From assembly GCA_973895155.1 (NCBI GenBank), contig OZ316893.1, forward strand, positions 23,396,015 to 23,460,014: a stretch of DNA of 64,000 nt, in the 5' to 3' direction. Positions within the stretch are counted from its first letter, which is position 1; every line of letters begins with the position of its first letter. The notes under the pieces are model-generated. The model had not been told where the DNA came from. It saw only the letters and a program-made list of their open reading frames with translations, and ran no database searches. Origin of the DNA: Marsupella aquatica. Taxonomy: Eukaryota > Plantae > Marchantiophyta. The position numbers were made by a program, and so were the translations under genes. This document shows positions 27,595 to 39,999 of this stretch, in pieces.

Positions 27595-27900
27595 CTGAGA
27601 AGAATGCAAAATCAAGATTTGGATAAACTCACCAATATTATTCTACTCTTTTTTTTATTATTAGTAAAAATCAATATCCCTTGGTAGTAAGGTCCTATAA
27701 GGTCCTACTACCAAAGCAGCATGAGCAAAATAATAGCCCCTCAAAGTTTGAATTTAAATGCTTATTTCTTGGAGTGGAACAGCACACTAGCCCTAGTATA
27801 AGTAGGATTACAATGCACTTAGTGGCCTTTGTGATTTTTCTTGTTGCAATTTCCTTGGTACCTATGGAGAAGAACACGGAGCCAAAATATGGATAATCTC
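27595..27900 (+). repeat. Dispersed repeat, diverged copy of ~39005-39300
   Basis: Shared colinear blocks tgagaagaatgca(a/c)aat, aataatagccc(c/t)tcaaa..ttgaa and cac..gccct..a..agt.gga.t.ca.t.cact.agtgg at both loci. Confidence 0.55.
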
Positions 27901-30900
27901 ATTCAGATATTTATATTTTCTGTAATCTGTAAAGATAAAAATTTATTAGGCCTATAAGTATATGACGATACTATGACCAGAGGCATTATGGCCCACAATG
28001 CGCTCGTGTTTATAGTAATATCCACAGAATAGGGCCTAGAGAGAGAAAGAAACACATGACAATAGACACAAAATCTAGTTACCTCAAGCACATAATCATG
28101 TTAACTGAAGTGTAACTTAATCATGGATAAAGGTGGTACATGTTAAAGCTCCTCGGCGGGAAAGAATGAGCGGATGTTGGATTTGATTAGCTGTTTCCTC
28201 ACCATTGATAGAGGAAATGTGCACCTCTAGCTGTATGTGCTTCCCGCTGCCCCATAAATGCCCCGACCCGACTCCCTATGGGCCGGCCCTCCTTGCACAG
28301 TGCAGCGCGCTGCCATAGGGCTCATGTACTATTTTAGTGCAAGATGAGTTTTTGCTCTCTGGTGGACATATCCCAGATTGTATGAAGCACATGTCTGTGT
28401 GTCAGTGTTGATTGTACATCATACATTGGTTCACATGTGATGGCACCCTGACCGAAATTGTCTCACACACCCCATCTTGCAAATATGGTTGTGCAAAATA
28501 GATAGTTATTCATACTTCATGAATGACAAAATATTTTAGAGTGCTTATGAATCATAAAATGCATTTGTGAGTGAGATCTAACCATCTTGATGTAACTATT
28601 GACTGTTCAGTGCGCACTTTGTTTTTTAAGTTAAAAAACTGACACAAGAGACAAAAATATTGCAGTTGTGATTATTGAAATTGAAGCTCTAATTAACTGA
28701 GGGTCTGTCTTTAAAAATTGGGTTTGATGAACTTTTTAAGGATGGAGGAAGAGACACACTAGGACATTCTACACTTTTGACTCAAATGTGACTTGTAAAC
28801 AGGGTCTCTTGACCTGTTGCTACTTGTTTCAGCTAAGTAGTTTGCCAGTTTTTAGGTATCATTAGCTGTTGATGTTTTCCTGATCTCAATCTCTATGAGA
28901 ACAAAGTTTAGTGTCGCTGCCTTGCAGCAATGAAACAAAGACAAAGAAGCATTCAATGTTGCTCAGACCCATAATTCTAAGCTATCATAGAGGTGAAAGT
29001 GTCCATCCTGAATTTCATAGCCCATCCCTTTGTCCTTTTGGTGTAAACTGACTGATGACATTATGTTGTCCGTGGGGATAGCAAGTTCAATAGGGCGTCT
29101 CAAATATTGAACCTACATCCCACAATGCGCTTGGGCGCACCAAAACTGGGTGTAGCTGGGCAGTGATATATTTGGGCTCTCACTTTTGAGAGGGGTCGTG
29201 GCAGTGTGTGAAAATGGCAATGTGAGTCAATGAACACACTGAAATGAGGTCCTCGCTGCAGTTGGCCCTCCGTTTCGGTCATGACTCCCAGGCGTGACTG
29301 GTCAGGCCTCACATTTGATGCCCGATTAGTCATTCCCCCTGCCCCAGGCCATAATACTTTTGAACGAGGTCACGCGCAAAAATTCATTGTATTTGAGATG
29401 CCCTAATGTCTCAGTCCATCTAAGGTGGACTCATCCCTATTATGTTTCTTATTTCCTTGGTATAAGGAATTTAACATTAATTTCATGCAGGTCCTCTGCA
29501 AATTGACATGGCATTGTCTGTGATTTCTTCATCATTGGTTAAAGCAAATGTTTTCTTAGTAATTGTTTTTTTAATAACTGTTTATAATAAAATTTCTAGT
29601 GTTTTATTACTAGTGGCAGCTGTGTAAAAGGTATTTGTCACTTTTCCAACAATTCACTAGATTTTCTATGGCTCGTTAGCTAACTTCTCACCTATCCGCA
29701 GAGGCTATTAGCCAGAATCCAGCTGCCATCTTTAGGTCTTGTGAGATCTGATAGTCAAAATCTTAGGGCCAACTTGCATGTTCTTGGCCCTTCAGGAAGT
29801 GGCCCTGAAACTGCTACATGTCATCGTCATAGTTGATGATACTCTCATGCCATATCCCACTCATTAGGCAGGCCTGACAGCAGGTCTTATGGGCACCAAA
29901 GGGCAAGGTTGCAAGTCCGGACCTTTGTTTGGCTAATAAAACAAAATTTGAACATTCATTCACAGTTCTGTATAATATGCTGCACATACGACACAGCACG
30001 GATACAAGCCCCTTTGCGAACATAACACCTCTAAGCCACAAGGATCGAATTAATGACGCTTTTTCCAAAACACGCGCAAGTGGTAAGGGCCGCATTCTGA
30101 AGGATCTTTGACATGAGAGTTGGCCCTTAATCTAGGTAATTAGATAACTAACATGCCCAACACCTTCTCCTCACACAAGATGACACTGCCTAGCCACATT
30201 TGGGAAAATCAAAACCTTACAGTTTAGTCTGGTTAGAGCTATACTACGGTTAAAGAGATCTGTTAACCGGGGTAAATGGAAAATATACACTGCTTTTGAA
30301 AAGCTTCGGCTGAAGGCTTCACTGACGTCAACAGAGTCCAAGAGACAGCTCGATCGATTCCTCTCTTTCTTGCCTCCCTTTCGGAATCATGACTCTCGCG
30401 GCCATGGTATAGATTTGGTGGCAGGCTCCGAGATGTTTAAGACTTGTCGGTGACGAATGGCGCACAGATTGGCGTTTGTTTTGCTCCATTTGGTGCCGAA
30501 TTGACTGGGCTGCGAGTGTTTTCCTGTCGATGGGAGGGCCTCGATCCGCGTCTGCTGCTTGCCTTCGCGGAATTGGTCTCTCGGGAGTAGACTAGATCTC
30601 TTGACAGGCTCCGTGATTTACGACGCCCTTCTGGGAATCGCGCGCAGATTGGCGTTCGTTGTTGTCCATTCGGGCCAGGAGCGTTTCTATGTCTGGGCCT
30701 CGATCCGTGCACGCGCGATAACCTTCCCACCTTGCCGAAGAGAGGATTCGCCATCTCGCCTCTCTTTGAAAAACAAAGTCCCTCCTCAGTCGCACCAGTC
30801 TCTTCAGCACTTCTCCCAACGTCCTCGTCTCGGTTCTTACTTCCCTCCGCTAATCGGCACACCGACCTTTCAGCCCTACCTACGCGAGAATCAGAGCAAT

Positions 30901-30926
30901 TAGTGGTGGGGCGCTCTTCAGCCAAG

Positions 30927-33860
30927 ATGTGCTCTCCCGCAGAGAGCCCTAAGTGCTTGTCCCTGGAGGAGCTCTGTGTTCGCACAGCAATTGACAACTT
31001 GGATTTTATCCGAGATGTCGGGGGTCTCGATTCCCAGTTTTTGAAAATTATTCTGCCCCATTGCACCGCGGAGCAGCTGCTGACCATCGAAGAGGCCACC
31101 AAGGTAAGTTCTTTTTAGAAACTTTCTGTTGATATTTGTCGATTTGCATTCGCTCCTGTTGAGCAAGCCAAAACACATTTGTGTCCTCACAGAACTGTCT
31201 TTGACCTAAAGTGTGTGATTGGGTGAGTGAGTTTCTAGCTCTCACAATCTGCTTTCTCATCTCCTTGCATCGATCGACGAAACCTTTATGCGCTTGCCGC
31301 ATCTAGGGTTTAAGGTTCTGGGGTAACGCTGAGAGTGCTTTGTTGTCAAGCGATAGTGCGGTAGCACTGACCTTAGTACTGCCAAGGCAAGATTTGTTTA
31401 GCAGAGAAGATAACCTAGTTTAGGGTTGAGTTGAATTGGATTGCATTTGACTCGATTTTGGTGATAGAAATATGTCTAAATTTTCTGGGCAGGCTTTGTA
31501 CTAGAGAGAAGCGAGGTGAGTTGAATCGGATTCTATTGGATTGTTATAGCATTAGAACAATAAAAGTACCAGACATTTGTTTGCATTTTCTTGCAGTGGA
31601 GAGAAATGAGTTGAGTTGAATCTGGATTTCATCAGTTTGGATTGCATCAGATTGAATCTGCAGTGGACTAATGCGTGCAACAGACTTTCTAGGAAGATCT
31701 GGTGAGCAGAAGGAATCGTATTTTGTTGAAATGGTGTGCACTGTGGAGCAATTCATGAATGAGTGTTCTTGTACTAAGAGAATTCGTGTCAACGAAAGAA
31801 CTTTCGTCAACGAGAATCTAGTTCGTTTGATCGGGGGATTTTTTATTGCTTTCCAATGAAGATGAATATCGAATTTGGTCAAATTTATTGTCATGATTTT
31901 TGGGTAAGTCAAAGCCAAAAGTTTATCGACCTTACGACCTTTTTGTCGTACTTTGATGATATTCCTGGGAGTCCGGTGCAGATAAACACATGTTCCTGCT
32001 GTGTTGCTCAGGCATAAATCAGTCTGTTTGGATATGAATGCTTGCCTTGCCCCGGTCTTTCAGTTAGTGCACTTAACCTTTCGCAAATTTGTTGGCCATC
32101 TACTCATTCCGCTGCTTCCTCCTTTGTGGTCCTATGGGAAAAGGTATGTCATCCTGTGGGAAAGGGTGTGTCATCCTATGGGATAAGACAGAAAGGTGGT
32201 GGCAGACGACCGTGTGTTGTGTGTGTGGGGGGGCGGGGAGGGTAGGAGGGTGTGAGGTGTGGTGGAATGAGAGGTAATCCATATGGAGGAATCGGCTTAC
32301 CTCCAACTTCGACACTTCTATTTCGATGTCGGCACCCAGGTCATCTGTTGTTCAAAAGGCATTGGTCAGATCCTAATTCAGCTGAGTTCTCTGCAAGATG
32401 AGAAGAACTGCTGCGTGCCAGGGCCATTAATGGTTGTTTTGTAGCTCTGGGACACGAACCGATGCCCTCATATTATGCCGACGGAGATTTGGTCCAAGAT
32501 CCAACCCTAACAGTTGGTTCTGCTGGACTCCTTGCCATGTGCAGGGTAGAGATCTGAGCCCGATCACAAATGAGCTATGGCTGAAATGCTACACGCGAAA
32601 GTTTGGGGAGGAAAATGTCAAGACGGTCATGAATAAAATGAAAGCAAAGAACAAGTTTTTCAAATGGAAGGCTTTGTATCAGGTGCGGTCCTTTCGAACT
32701 TTTGTCCTTTCTTTGCAGTTGTCCTTGGAATCCAGTTTAATCCTTGAATGGTGTGGAACGAGCTGAATACAAACTCGTTGAAGAGGTCTCTGTTGAGAAT
32801 CAGTAGTTGGATAAGTATCACCTGAATTCTGTGGAGGTTTAGTGAGTTTTCTCGTGGTAGTATAGATGGTATGGATGTGCTCTATCTCACCGTTTGATGT
32901 ATGCGACTGTAAAACTTTGCAGGCAAAGTTGAGGGAACAAGACGAACTTGAGAAGCAATGTGTAAAATCATTGACGGAGAAATACAAGGCGGCTGGGGAA
33001 CGTAAGTTTAAGCCTCTGACATCGAGCATTGTTTACTTTTGACTCATGCATTCCTCTTGGACCTTGGTCTCTTATTTGATTGTGTCAAGTAAGCCGTTCT
33101 ATCCACCACTCATCAGTGATGTTGTGAGCATATCGCGATAAAGCGGCGATGTCATTCTCTTTCTTGTGAATGCGTGTGCCACGTCCCACATGAGAAAGTT
33201 TCCTAATGGCCTTAAATTGGGTCTCTGCAGAGAAAGCAAGTCGGCAACTTCAGCAAATTGACCTTGCTCCGCCGTCAAGCAAGAAGAGGCAATTTGGGTC
33301 TATGGGAAGTATGTCCCTGACTTACCTCTGCTTTGCTAGGTCGCTTAACATTGTTCTTCGAATCGACGTGGTTCAGGTCGCTTGAATGCACTTACTTGGG
33401 TCGTCCTATTGCTGATGGAGGTAATCAACTCTGGGATGTACTAGGTGGTGCAGCTACCGCTCGTTTTGGGAAGAGTTCATCGACACCCGCCAACAGTAGA
33501 GGGCGCTTGATGAAAAAGGCGAGGCAAGAGTTTGCTGCCAGGTAACCTTTAAGGAGCTTGACTTGTTATTTTCTGCTGGCCATATTAAGCTTGGATTAAC
33601 CTTTGAGCGTCCAGCTGCGGTGTCATAAGAATAATAGAACGTTATTCTTAACTAGCCGGAACTATTGGCGGGCCAAGGTCGTTCACTTTCCTCGTGAATT
33701 TGGTGGGGAGTTCCACTACGGTACGCTAGCAGTAGATTCTTGACTTTGTTGCTTACTATGATCTTCATGATGTGGATGCAGTAATGATGCTAAAAGGATT
33801 GCTGCTGCTCGCAAGAAGCCGGTTCTCCCTGTGAGGAGTGTGGGGATCCAACGCAGATGA
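30927..33860 (+). CDS. Elongin-A-like (RNA polymerase II elongation factor SIII subunit A domain) protein; exons 30927-31103, 32545-32682, 32923-33001, 33231-33308, 33445-33541, 33782-33860; 215 aa
   Basis: BC-box-like SLEELCVRTAIDNLDFIRDVGG, then ILPHCTAEQLLTIEEATK|GRDLSPITNELWLKCYTRKFG..WKALYQ|AKLREQ and C-terminal RLMKKARQEF. All five introns are GT-AG and phase-consistent. Confidence 0.85.
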
Positions 33861-36800
33861 CTGACTCTGTACAAGTTTGAGTGTCTCATCCGCGACTTAC
33901 TACAGAATTGTACAGATAAAACCTTGTAGTTAGGTTGGAGTAGACATTTTTGGCATCAATATGGAACGGCTGTCTACCAGAATATCGCATGCGATGATTG
34001 TATGTGAACGTATCTTCCATTTATTACAAGAAAAAGTCATCAGACATTCTGATATTGGCGACCATAACTGCAAAAGTATGGCTTTGCGTATATTGATGTC
34101 AAACGCGTAGCTTGGGTGAAGAGATTAGTTCTTCTCCTTATTGCCTGCAACAGGATCCTCCATTTTAAAGATCCTGCAGTCCCGTTGAGAACGAGGATGA
34201 TGTGGACTGAATGGCAACATTACCTAAAAGCGTGCAGCTGGCCTCAGAAGATGACGAGGTGAAAGGAAAATGTGTGATGGAAGTATTGGTTTCGCCTCTG
34301 GAGATACCAAATATTAGACAACTTTGAATAATTTATATAGGGGGACTCAATTAAAGGTAAACTAGTTTGACAAATATAGTGGAAGATATTTGAGTGTCTG
34401 AAGTTCACCCTGTGAGAAAACTCCTTTGAGGGGCATTTCCTACTCTCATGCGTGTGATATTCCCACCCAATATCGATGAATCGTTCTTGCTGGCTGTGTT
34501 GAGGGCTCCAGGTTATGGTTATTGGAATTTAATCACGTTTTAGGTTTGTCTGTTTCAAAGCGACAATCCTTAAGAGGTAAGCCTGTGGCACGGTGGCAGA
34601 GTAAAATGCACTTGTTGTGGGAAATTTCGACGGTAGCTTAAGTGAAGATTGGACTTTGGTCTTTCAATTCCTTTTGGCTGGTTAACGTCTTTTTCCATAC
34701 AAAGATAGAGATGAAGATGGCAAACATGTAGCTGCGTAGGGTCGTAGAAGTTTCCATTCTTTCTGACGTTAATCAGTACCTGGGAAAGCTACTAAGCTTT
34801 CTCGTTGAATCTAACAAACGACTCGTTGGTCTTCAAGTATGGGACACCTCGATCGCTTTTGTACGTAATTTTGTGTGAGGAAAGCTTAGCCTGACTATTT
34901 CATAAGGCAGACTGAAGTTGATGTTTCTAGTGGCTCACTCCTTGTGCAGGAAACTTCAGCACGCCGTCTATGGGCGATTTGCTTGGACATGTTACAGCAC
35001 AAATACAGCTTTTCCGAGAACCTTATGGTGGTGAGACGTCTTGATTTAAAAACCAATCCTTCGATTGGGTACCTCATACGCTTGGCTTGTACCAAATTTG
35101 CATTGAACTGACGCTATGTCATATTGTCAGATTTGTAGAGTGATCAACTTTGCCTAGTCTCTATGAGGTCGATCTTCTAACCTCACTTTTGCCATGACGC
35201 AACCACAATGTGGCCCGACGACTGGGGCGAGACCGGAGATGTCCAAATGCTAATAGATATTGCACTCTGCATAGCAATCGACATGCATTTCAGATGTTTT
35301 CGTTCGTAGATCCATTCATCAAGCGCTAAATTTTTTCCCTCGCTTTCATGTCAACAAACCCGCCTGAGACACTAGTGGTGAGTCGGCCAGAATAATAGCT
35401 ACGTCTCAAACAAATGTACTCCTTGGAGATTAGGAAAGTCTCAGCCTTTTCTCAAATTCCTGAAAAACAATTCTATTGGTAAAGAAGTCTAACTTTTAGC
35501 AAACGACATACATTTGGACGTTAGTGAGGCAGAATAATAGTTACGTCTGAGACAAATGTACTGTAGAGATTAGATCTATTGGGAAATCTGAGGGCTCTTT
35601 TGTGCAACTTTTCTAATTTCTAACAAATATGTTCACAAAAGGTCGTGAAATTTGCAACAGCATTTGATATTTCCATGTGCAAACCACTGAGTCTTCATCT
35701 GATCGAAGGCATATGAAAGGCTGATATTCGTCCATTCTAAACAAACTCAATGCTGCTTATAGAAAAACTAATAAGTTGAAATTCAACAAATCTGAAGAGG
35801 AAAGATAGGTAAATATTAAGGAAAAATTGCAAACTGGGCACTAGCCAAGGATTGATCGCACGGAAAAGTTGAGGAATATTATCTAGTGACACTCCCATGT
35901 GATGGGATCTCAAAGCTTGGTCGTGTATCCTAGGGTGGGTTTATTAAGAATGACATTCTTGCATCCAAGAATAGACAAGGAAAGTATGGGGTTGGGATGT
36001 TGCAAAATATAAGGTAAGGGTGGGTGAAGGGAGTCCCAAAGACGAAGAAGAAAAAGAGGAAGAAGAATGAAGTGAGGTTTGAGCTGTAACTCAGGAGGGA
36101 GCTTAGTGGCAGTCATATGCGGGCGGATGGAGGGGGAGTTATGGAGATAAAGGTTTAGTTTACTCTTCTGTGACTGAAGAGGGCTGTGGTTGGGGGTCTG
36201 GTTATTACACAAATTAATCTCAATATCATTGTTGGTTAGTTTTGGTTAGTCCAAGATCAATGCTAACAGCTGAACAACATCAAGTCAGCAACCACTCCTT
36301 GCCAAACAGCTCGCTTCATCATGGGACCCTCTTCAGCGCCTCCCCCAGCACTTTTTTGGTGGCCAAATTTCACCTTTCCACCTCAGAAGTTGTTTTTGCA
36401 CTGCACTGGACCCTCTTGAACCCTCTTGAGTGCCCCCACCAATGGTTCTTTAGTGCCCCAAAAAACTTCACTGTATTCCATCTCTCTGAAAAGCTGGAAT
36501 TGTGTGGAGAATACTCGGTACTGGTGTGTAACCATTTCTGGAGATATTTGTTATTTTCATAAGCTCTTGCTCAAAAATTCATTATCAGTAACCCTTTTCC
36601 AAACAACAATTACAGATTCTAAAGGAGGTCTGGGCAGGGGTTTTACCTTGAGCCTTGCTCTGAAAAGCTTACTTTTTACTCACTTTCTGGTCACAGGGTT
36701 ACATGCTAGTGACCCCAGCCCGGACCACCTTATACTTTGCCACTTTGGACAATAAATTGCTAGGACTAGCCCGGCTACCCTTTCTTTGAACATGAATAGA

Positions 36801-37330
36801 GATGAGGACAAAAAAGTGTTGACCCTTGATGCCAGCAGCTGACATCTTCACAGGCAGCCTCACAATCCATCAACTCTCGTCACATGCAGCCCCTACTTCA
36901 CCGACTCTCTTCACAGGCAGCCCTATTTTCAAATGTGGTGCTCTACTCCTGACTCTACTCCACCCCATCCCCATTTTCACCCCACCCCTAATTTTATTAT
37001 TGCCCCCTAAGTATTTGAACATAAATAGAGACCAAGACAATAAAAAATCCTGCAAAAAGAATGATTATATATATTTCTAGTTCATTTTTGCCCCATCTTT
37101 GTTTTTTTGTCCACTCTGCTTTTGTGTTTTGTCCTTATTGAGAGTTACCTTCTAGTAGCTTCAATCTACACAGTAGTCCTCAAAAGTAGCTTTGCATTGT
37201 GCTTTATTAGTAAGATTGTTGCCTTCCAATAACCAGAATCTGACAAGGATGGAGATCTAAGGGTCAGAAATTAACCAAGGTAAAGTTGACAAGGGATAAT
37301 CCTGGCATCATCATCTTCCTCTTCTTCTTA

Positions 37331-37692
37331 GGGTCACTTTACAAGACAGGTGCGGCAATTTGAGTGCTTTCTACCAGGGCTGTAACAGAGCCCGACTTTC
37401 GTGTATGGTAGGATTCTAGACCAATCCAAGGCAGGAATGGTAGGAGAAATCGGCCTGTCCATTTTTGCACCTCCGGAGGTCCGATAGTCTAGCGCCCGGA
37501 TGAGAGTCCCAAGCCGGCTGGCCCGAGCTGATCCATACCAGAATGCAGGTTTGGTTGTTCCCGCAGCTCAACTTGCCGGGCCAGTCTTCTAAAGCAAAGG
37601 AGTGCCCGGGCAGGCTGAAACAATGGCCGTGATTGATTTGATCCTGAAAAATGAGGGACTAAATTACCATGCCCCGTCTTGTAAAGTGGCCC
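37331..37692. mobile_element. Tourist-like (PIF/Harbinger) MITE with TTA target duplication
   Basis: tta|gggtcactttacaagac ... gtcttgtaaagtggccc|tta: a 17-bp TIR with one mismatch, extending imperfectly inward. Confidence 0.8.
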
Positions 37693-37695
37693 TTA

Positions 37696-37881
37696 GAGCA
37701 TCTCCAACCCAACGGGGCTTTGCTTAATGGAGATAGTAAATACTAGGTCTAACAACCTCCTATATTGAGTTCACCTTACTTATCTTTAGGGGCCCCAAAG
37801 CAGTTAACCCTGACAGGGTACTTACTGGGATTGGTCAACAAGCAGTTAGAATAACAAAACCCAGTAGGGTTCGAGATGCTC
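37696..37881. mobile_element. Second Tourist-like MITE, directly abutting the first
   Basis: tta|gagcatctccaacccaacggggctttg ... caaaacccagtagggttcgagatgctc|taa. GAGCATCTCCAA is a familiar plant Tourist TIR; flanks are TTA/TAA. Confidence 0.7.
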
Positions 37882-39614
37882 TAATAGTCTCTGGTTAGCA
37901 GGGGAGACATATGCCAGCCATGCTAAAAAGAAATAAAAACACATAAAAATTAAAGCCCCCCACTCCCCTCCTTCCCTTCTGGATGTTGGATAATCCCGGA
38001 AAGGATTCTTGTAGCATTCTTGTAGGACCCACTCGTCCATCCTTCTATCCATACCCGCATCTCTCCAGTCTGCCATGGACGATGGATGGGGCCATACATC
38101 CATAACTGCATTGTTCCAGAGCTTCAGCATACGATGTGACCGTATGGAATAGGGGCAGAATGTGAATGAGCAGAGCATGGGCCCATGACAAGCATGACCA
38201 AATGGGGAGCATGGGCGATTGGAAGTCGTAAAGAACGCACAGTAAACGACACAGCAAATAACAAAGGGATAGCGGGATAAGGTATCCCATCCGACCCACA
38301 TGCCTGAGCCAAATCGGTCGCAGTCAATAAGCTACTCAGATGGTTTCTCAGGACCAACCTCACATCCGTCCAGGGAACGCCTTTGTCGTGGGGCGGGTTC
38401 CATGCTCTGGAGATCAGACATCAGGGCGTTCTCTTTTTCCACCTGGGCAGACTCACCAACCGAGAAAATGCTGTGAATCTTCGTTCTCTGGTTTTATTAT
38501 ATATCAATAGATAGACTAGATTTAAGGGTATCCGTCTATGGCACCATACTGTTTTACAATTTTTCACCAGTGTCACCTTGTGTGCAGGGGAATCTTTTTA
38601 CTGACCTAATTTTCCTAGATTAATTTCTGGTCGTCAGATCTCTCCCTAGATTTATGGATAATTATCACATTCTAGCTATGGGTTGGGAAACTAGGTAATA
38701 GGTAACAAAGAAAATATGCCACAGTGTGCCTTCTGACCAGGATGTCACCCCAATGTTACCCTATTCATAAGCCCCCTAAATGAACTTTTCCTAGTGAAAA
38801 TGGTTAAGGTTTTGGAGCATGACACTGGTGAGGCTAAGGAACCCTGTGTCAGCCTGGCTTGGGGATCCCCAAATTTGAATGTTTCAAATATTCACCTGGA
38901 ACCTTACTCTTGGTAATTCATCCTTGCTTCTCTGTAATGTGCTGTAAACCCCTCTGGCTAAACGTCATCAGAGCTTACATCCTACTCTTGTTGCCTTTCT
39001 GATTTTTTGAGAAGAATGCACAATAAATATTTGCATCTATCATTTATGAAAATTCTTTTCTACTTTTACAATGTCCTATTATAAGAACATTATGGACAAT
39101 AATAGCCCTTCAAAACTTGAACTGTACCTCTTGTTATTGAGGGGATTATATCCCACAAGGCCCTGTAAAGTGGGACTTCAGTACACTAGTGGGAGACTCA
39201 AAGCTATTGATGATGACTTTTGTCCATAAACAAATGGCCATAGCTCATAAGATTATATAAATCTGTTGGAGTGGGTTTTGACATATGATCAATCTTTACT
39301 ACCAAAACTTATAAATCATGAATTTGGTAGCACATTATTTTTGTTAACTGCTAAGTTAATTTTGAGTCTTTAGACCCCATAATTATATTGGTCCCTGCTG
39401 TACTACATCACTCTGTACCATGATAATTTTTTAAAATTTCTTTAAATAAACAAGTGGACACTACATATTATCACATTTTGATGTGTGAGTAAGGACAAGG
39501 TAAATTACACATAGGTGAGTCGTCACCCTAGTACTTGACAGAAGTTTGCACGAGCGGAACGGATAGAAACTACAAATACATACGCTCAGATCTGCGGATG
39601 GGGGATGGATGCGT

Positions 39615-39644
39615 GCATGGGTTTGCCATGGGGCAAACCCATGC
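39615..39644. promoter_or_regulatory. Perfect 13-bp palindrome (4-nt loop) in the LHCA2 upstream region
   Basis: gcatgggtttgcc-atgg-ggcaaacccatgc, followed by CCAAT boxes near 39690 and 39734. A regulatory role is inferred from position only. Confidence 0.45.
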
Positions 39645-39999
39645 CATGAAGCGCCGAAGGGCCGGGAAGACGGGAGGCAATCGAGAGCGCCAATGGGAAC
39701 GCGGAGCCACCGATAGCCGAGATGCCGTACGCACCAATGGCGGCCCCGCATTGCGCCATCTCTCTTGCCACCGTATCGCGATCCCTCCGCGACCCACCCG
39801 GCCGCGATCTCCATTCCACCATTCACTGATCGCAAAATTCCCTTCCTCTTCAATTCTAAGCTCAGGCTTCTCCATAGAATTCCGCTCAGTCGGAAGTTTG
39901 CAGAAAGCGGAGATCCATCTCACACTCAGCTCTGCCGAGCTAGAGACCCGATCCTTTCAGAGCAGGGCTTGCAGCGTCTCTCAACTAATCTGAAGAAAG

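Noticed and set aside
30437-31102. 221-aa minus-strand ORF antisense to the Elongin-A-like exon 1 and promoter
   Set aside because: Low-complexity Arg/Ser-rich translation of a GC-rich duplicated promoter; no domain evidence.
33900-36800. Scattered splice-like signals and short ORFs downstream of the Elongin-A-like gene
   Set aside because: No recognisable protein or element boundaries; may be lncRNA or old TE debris but cannot be supported from sequence alone.
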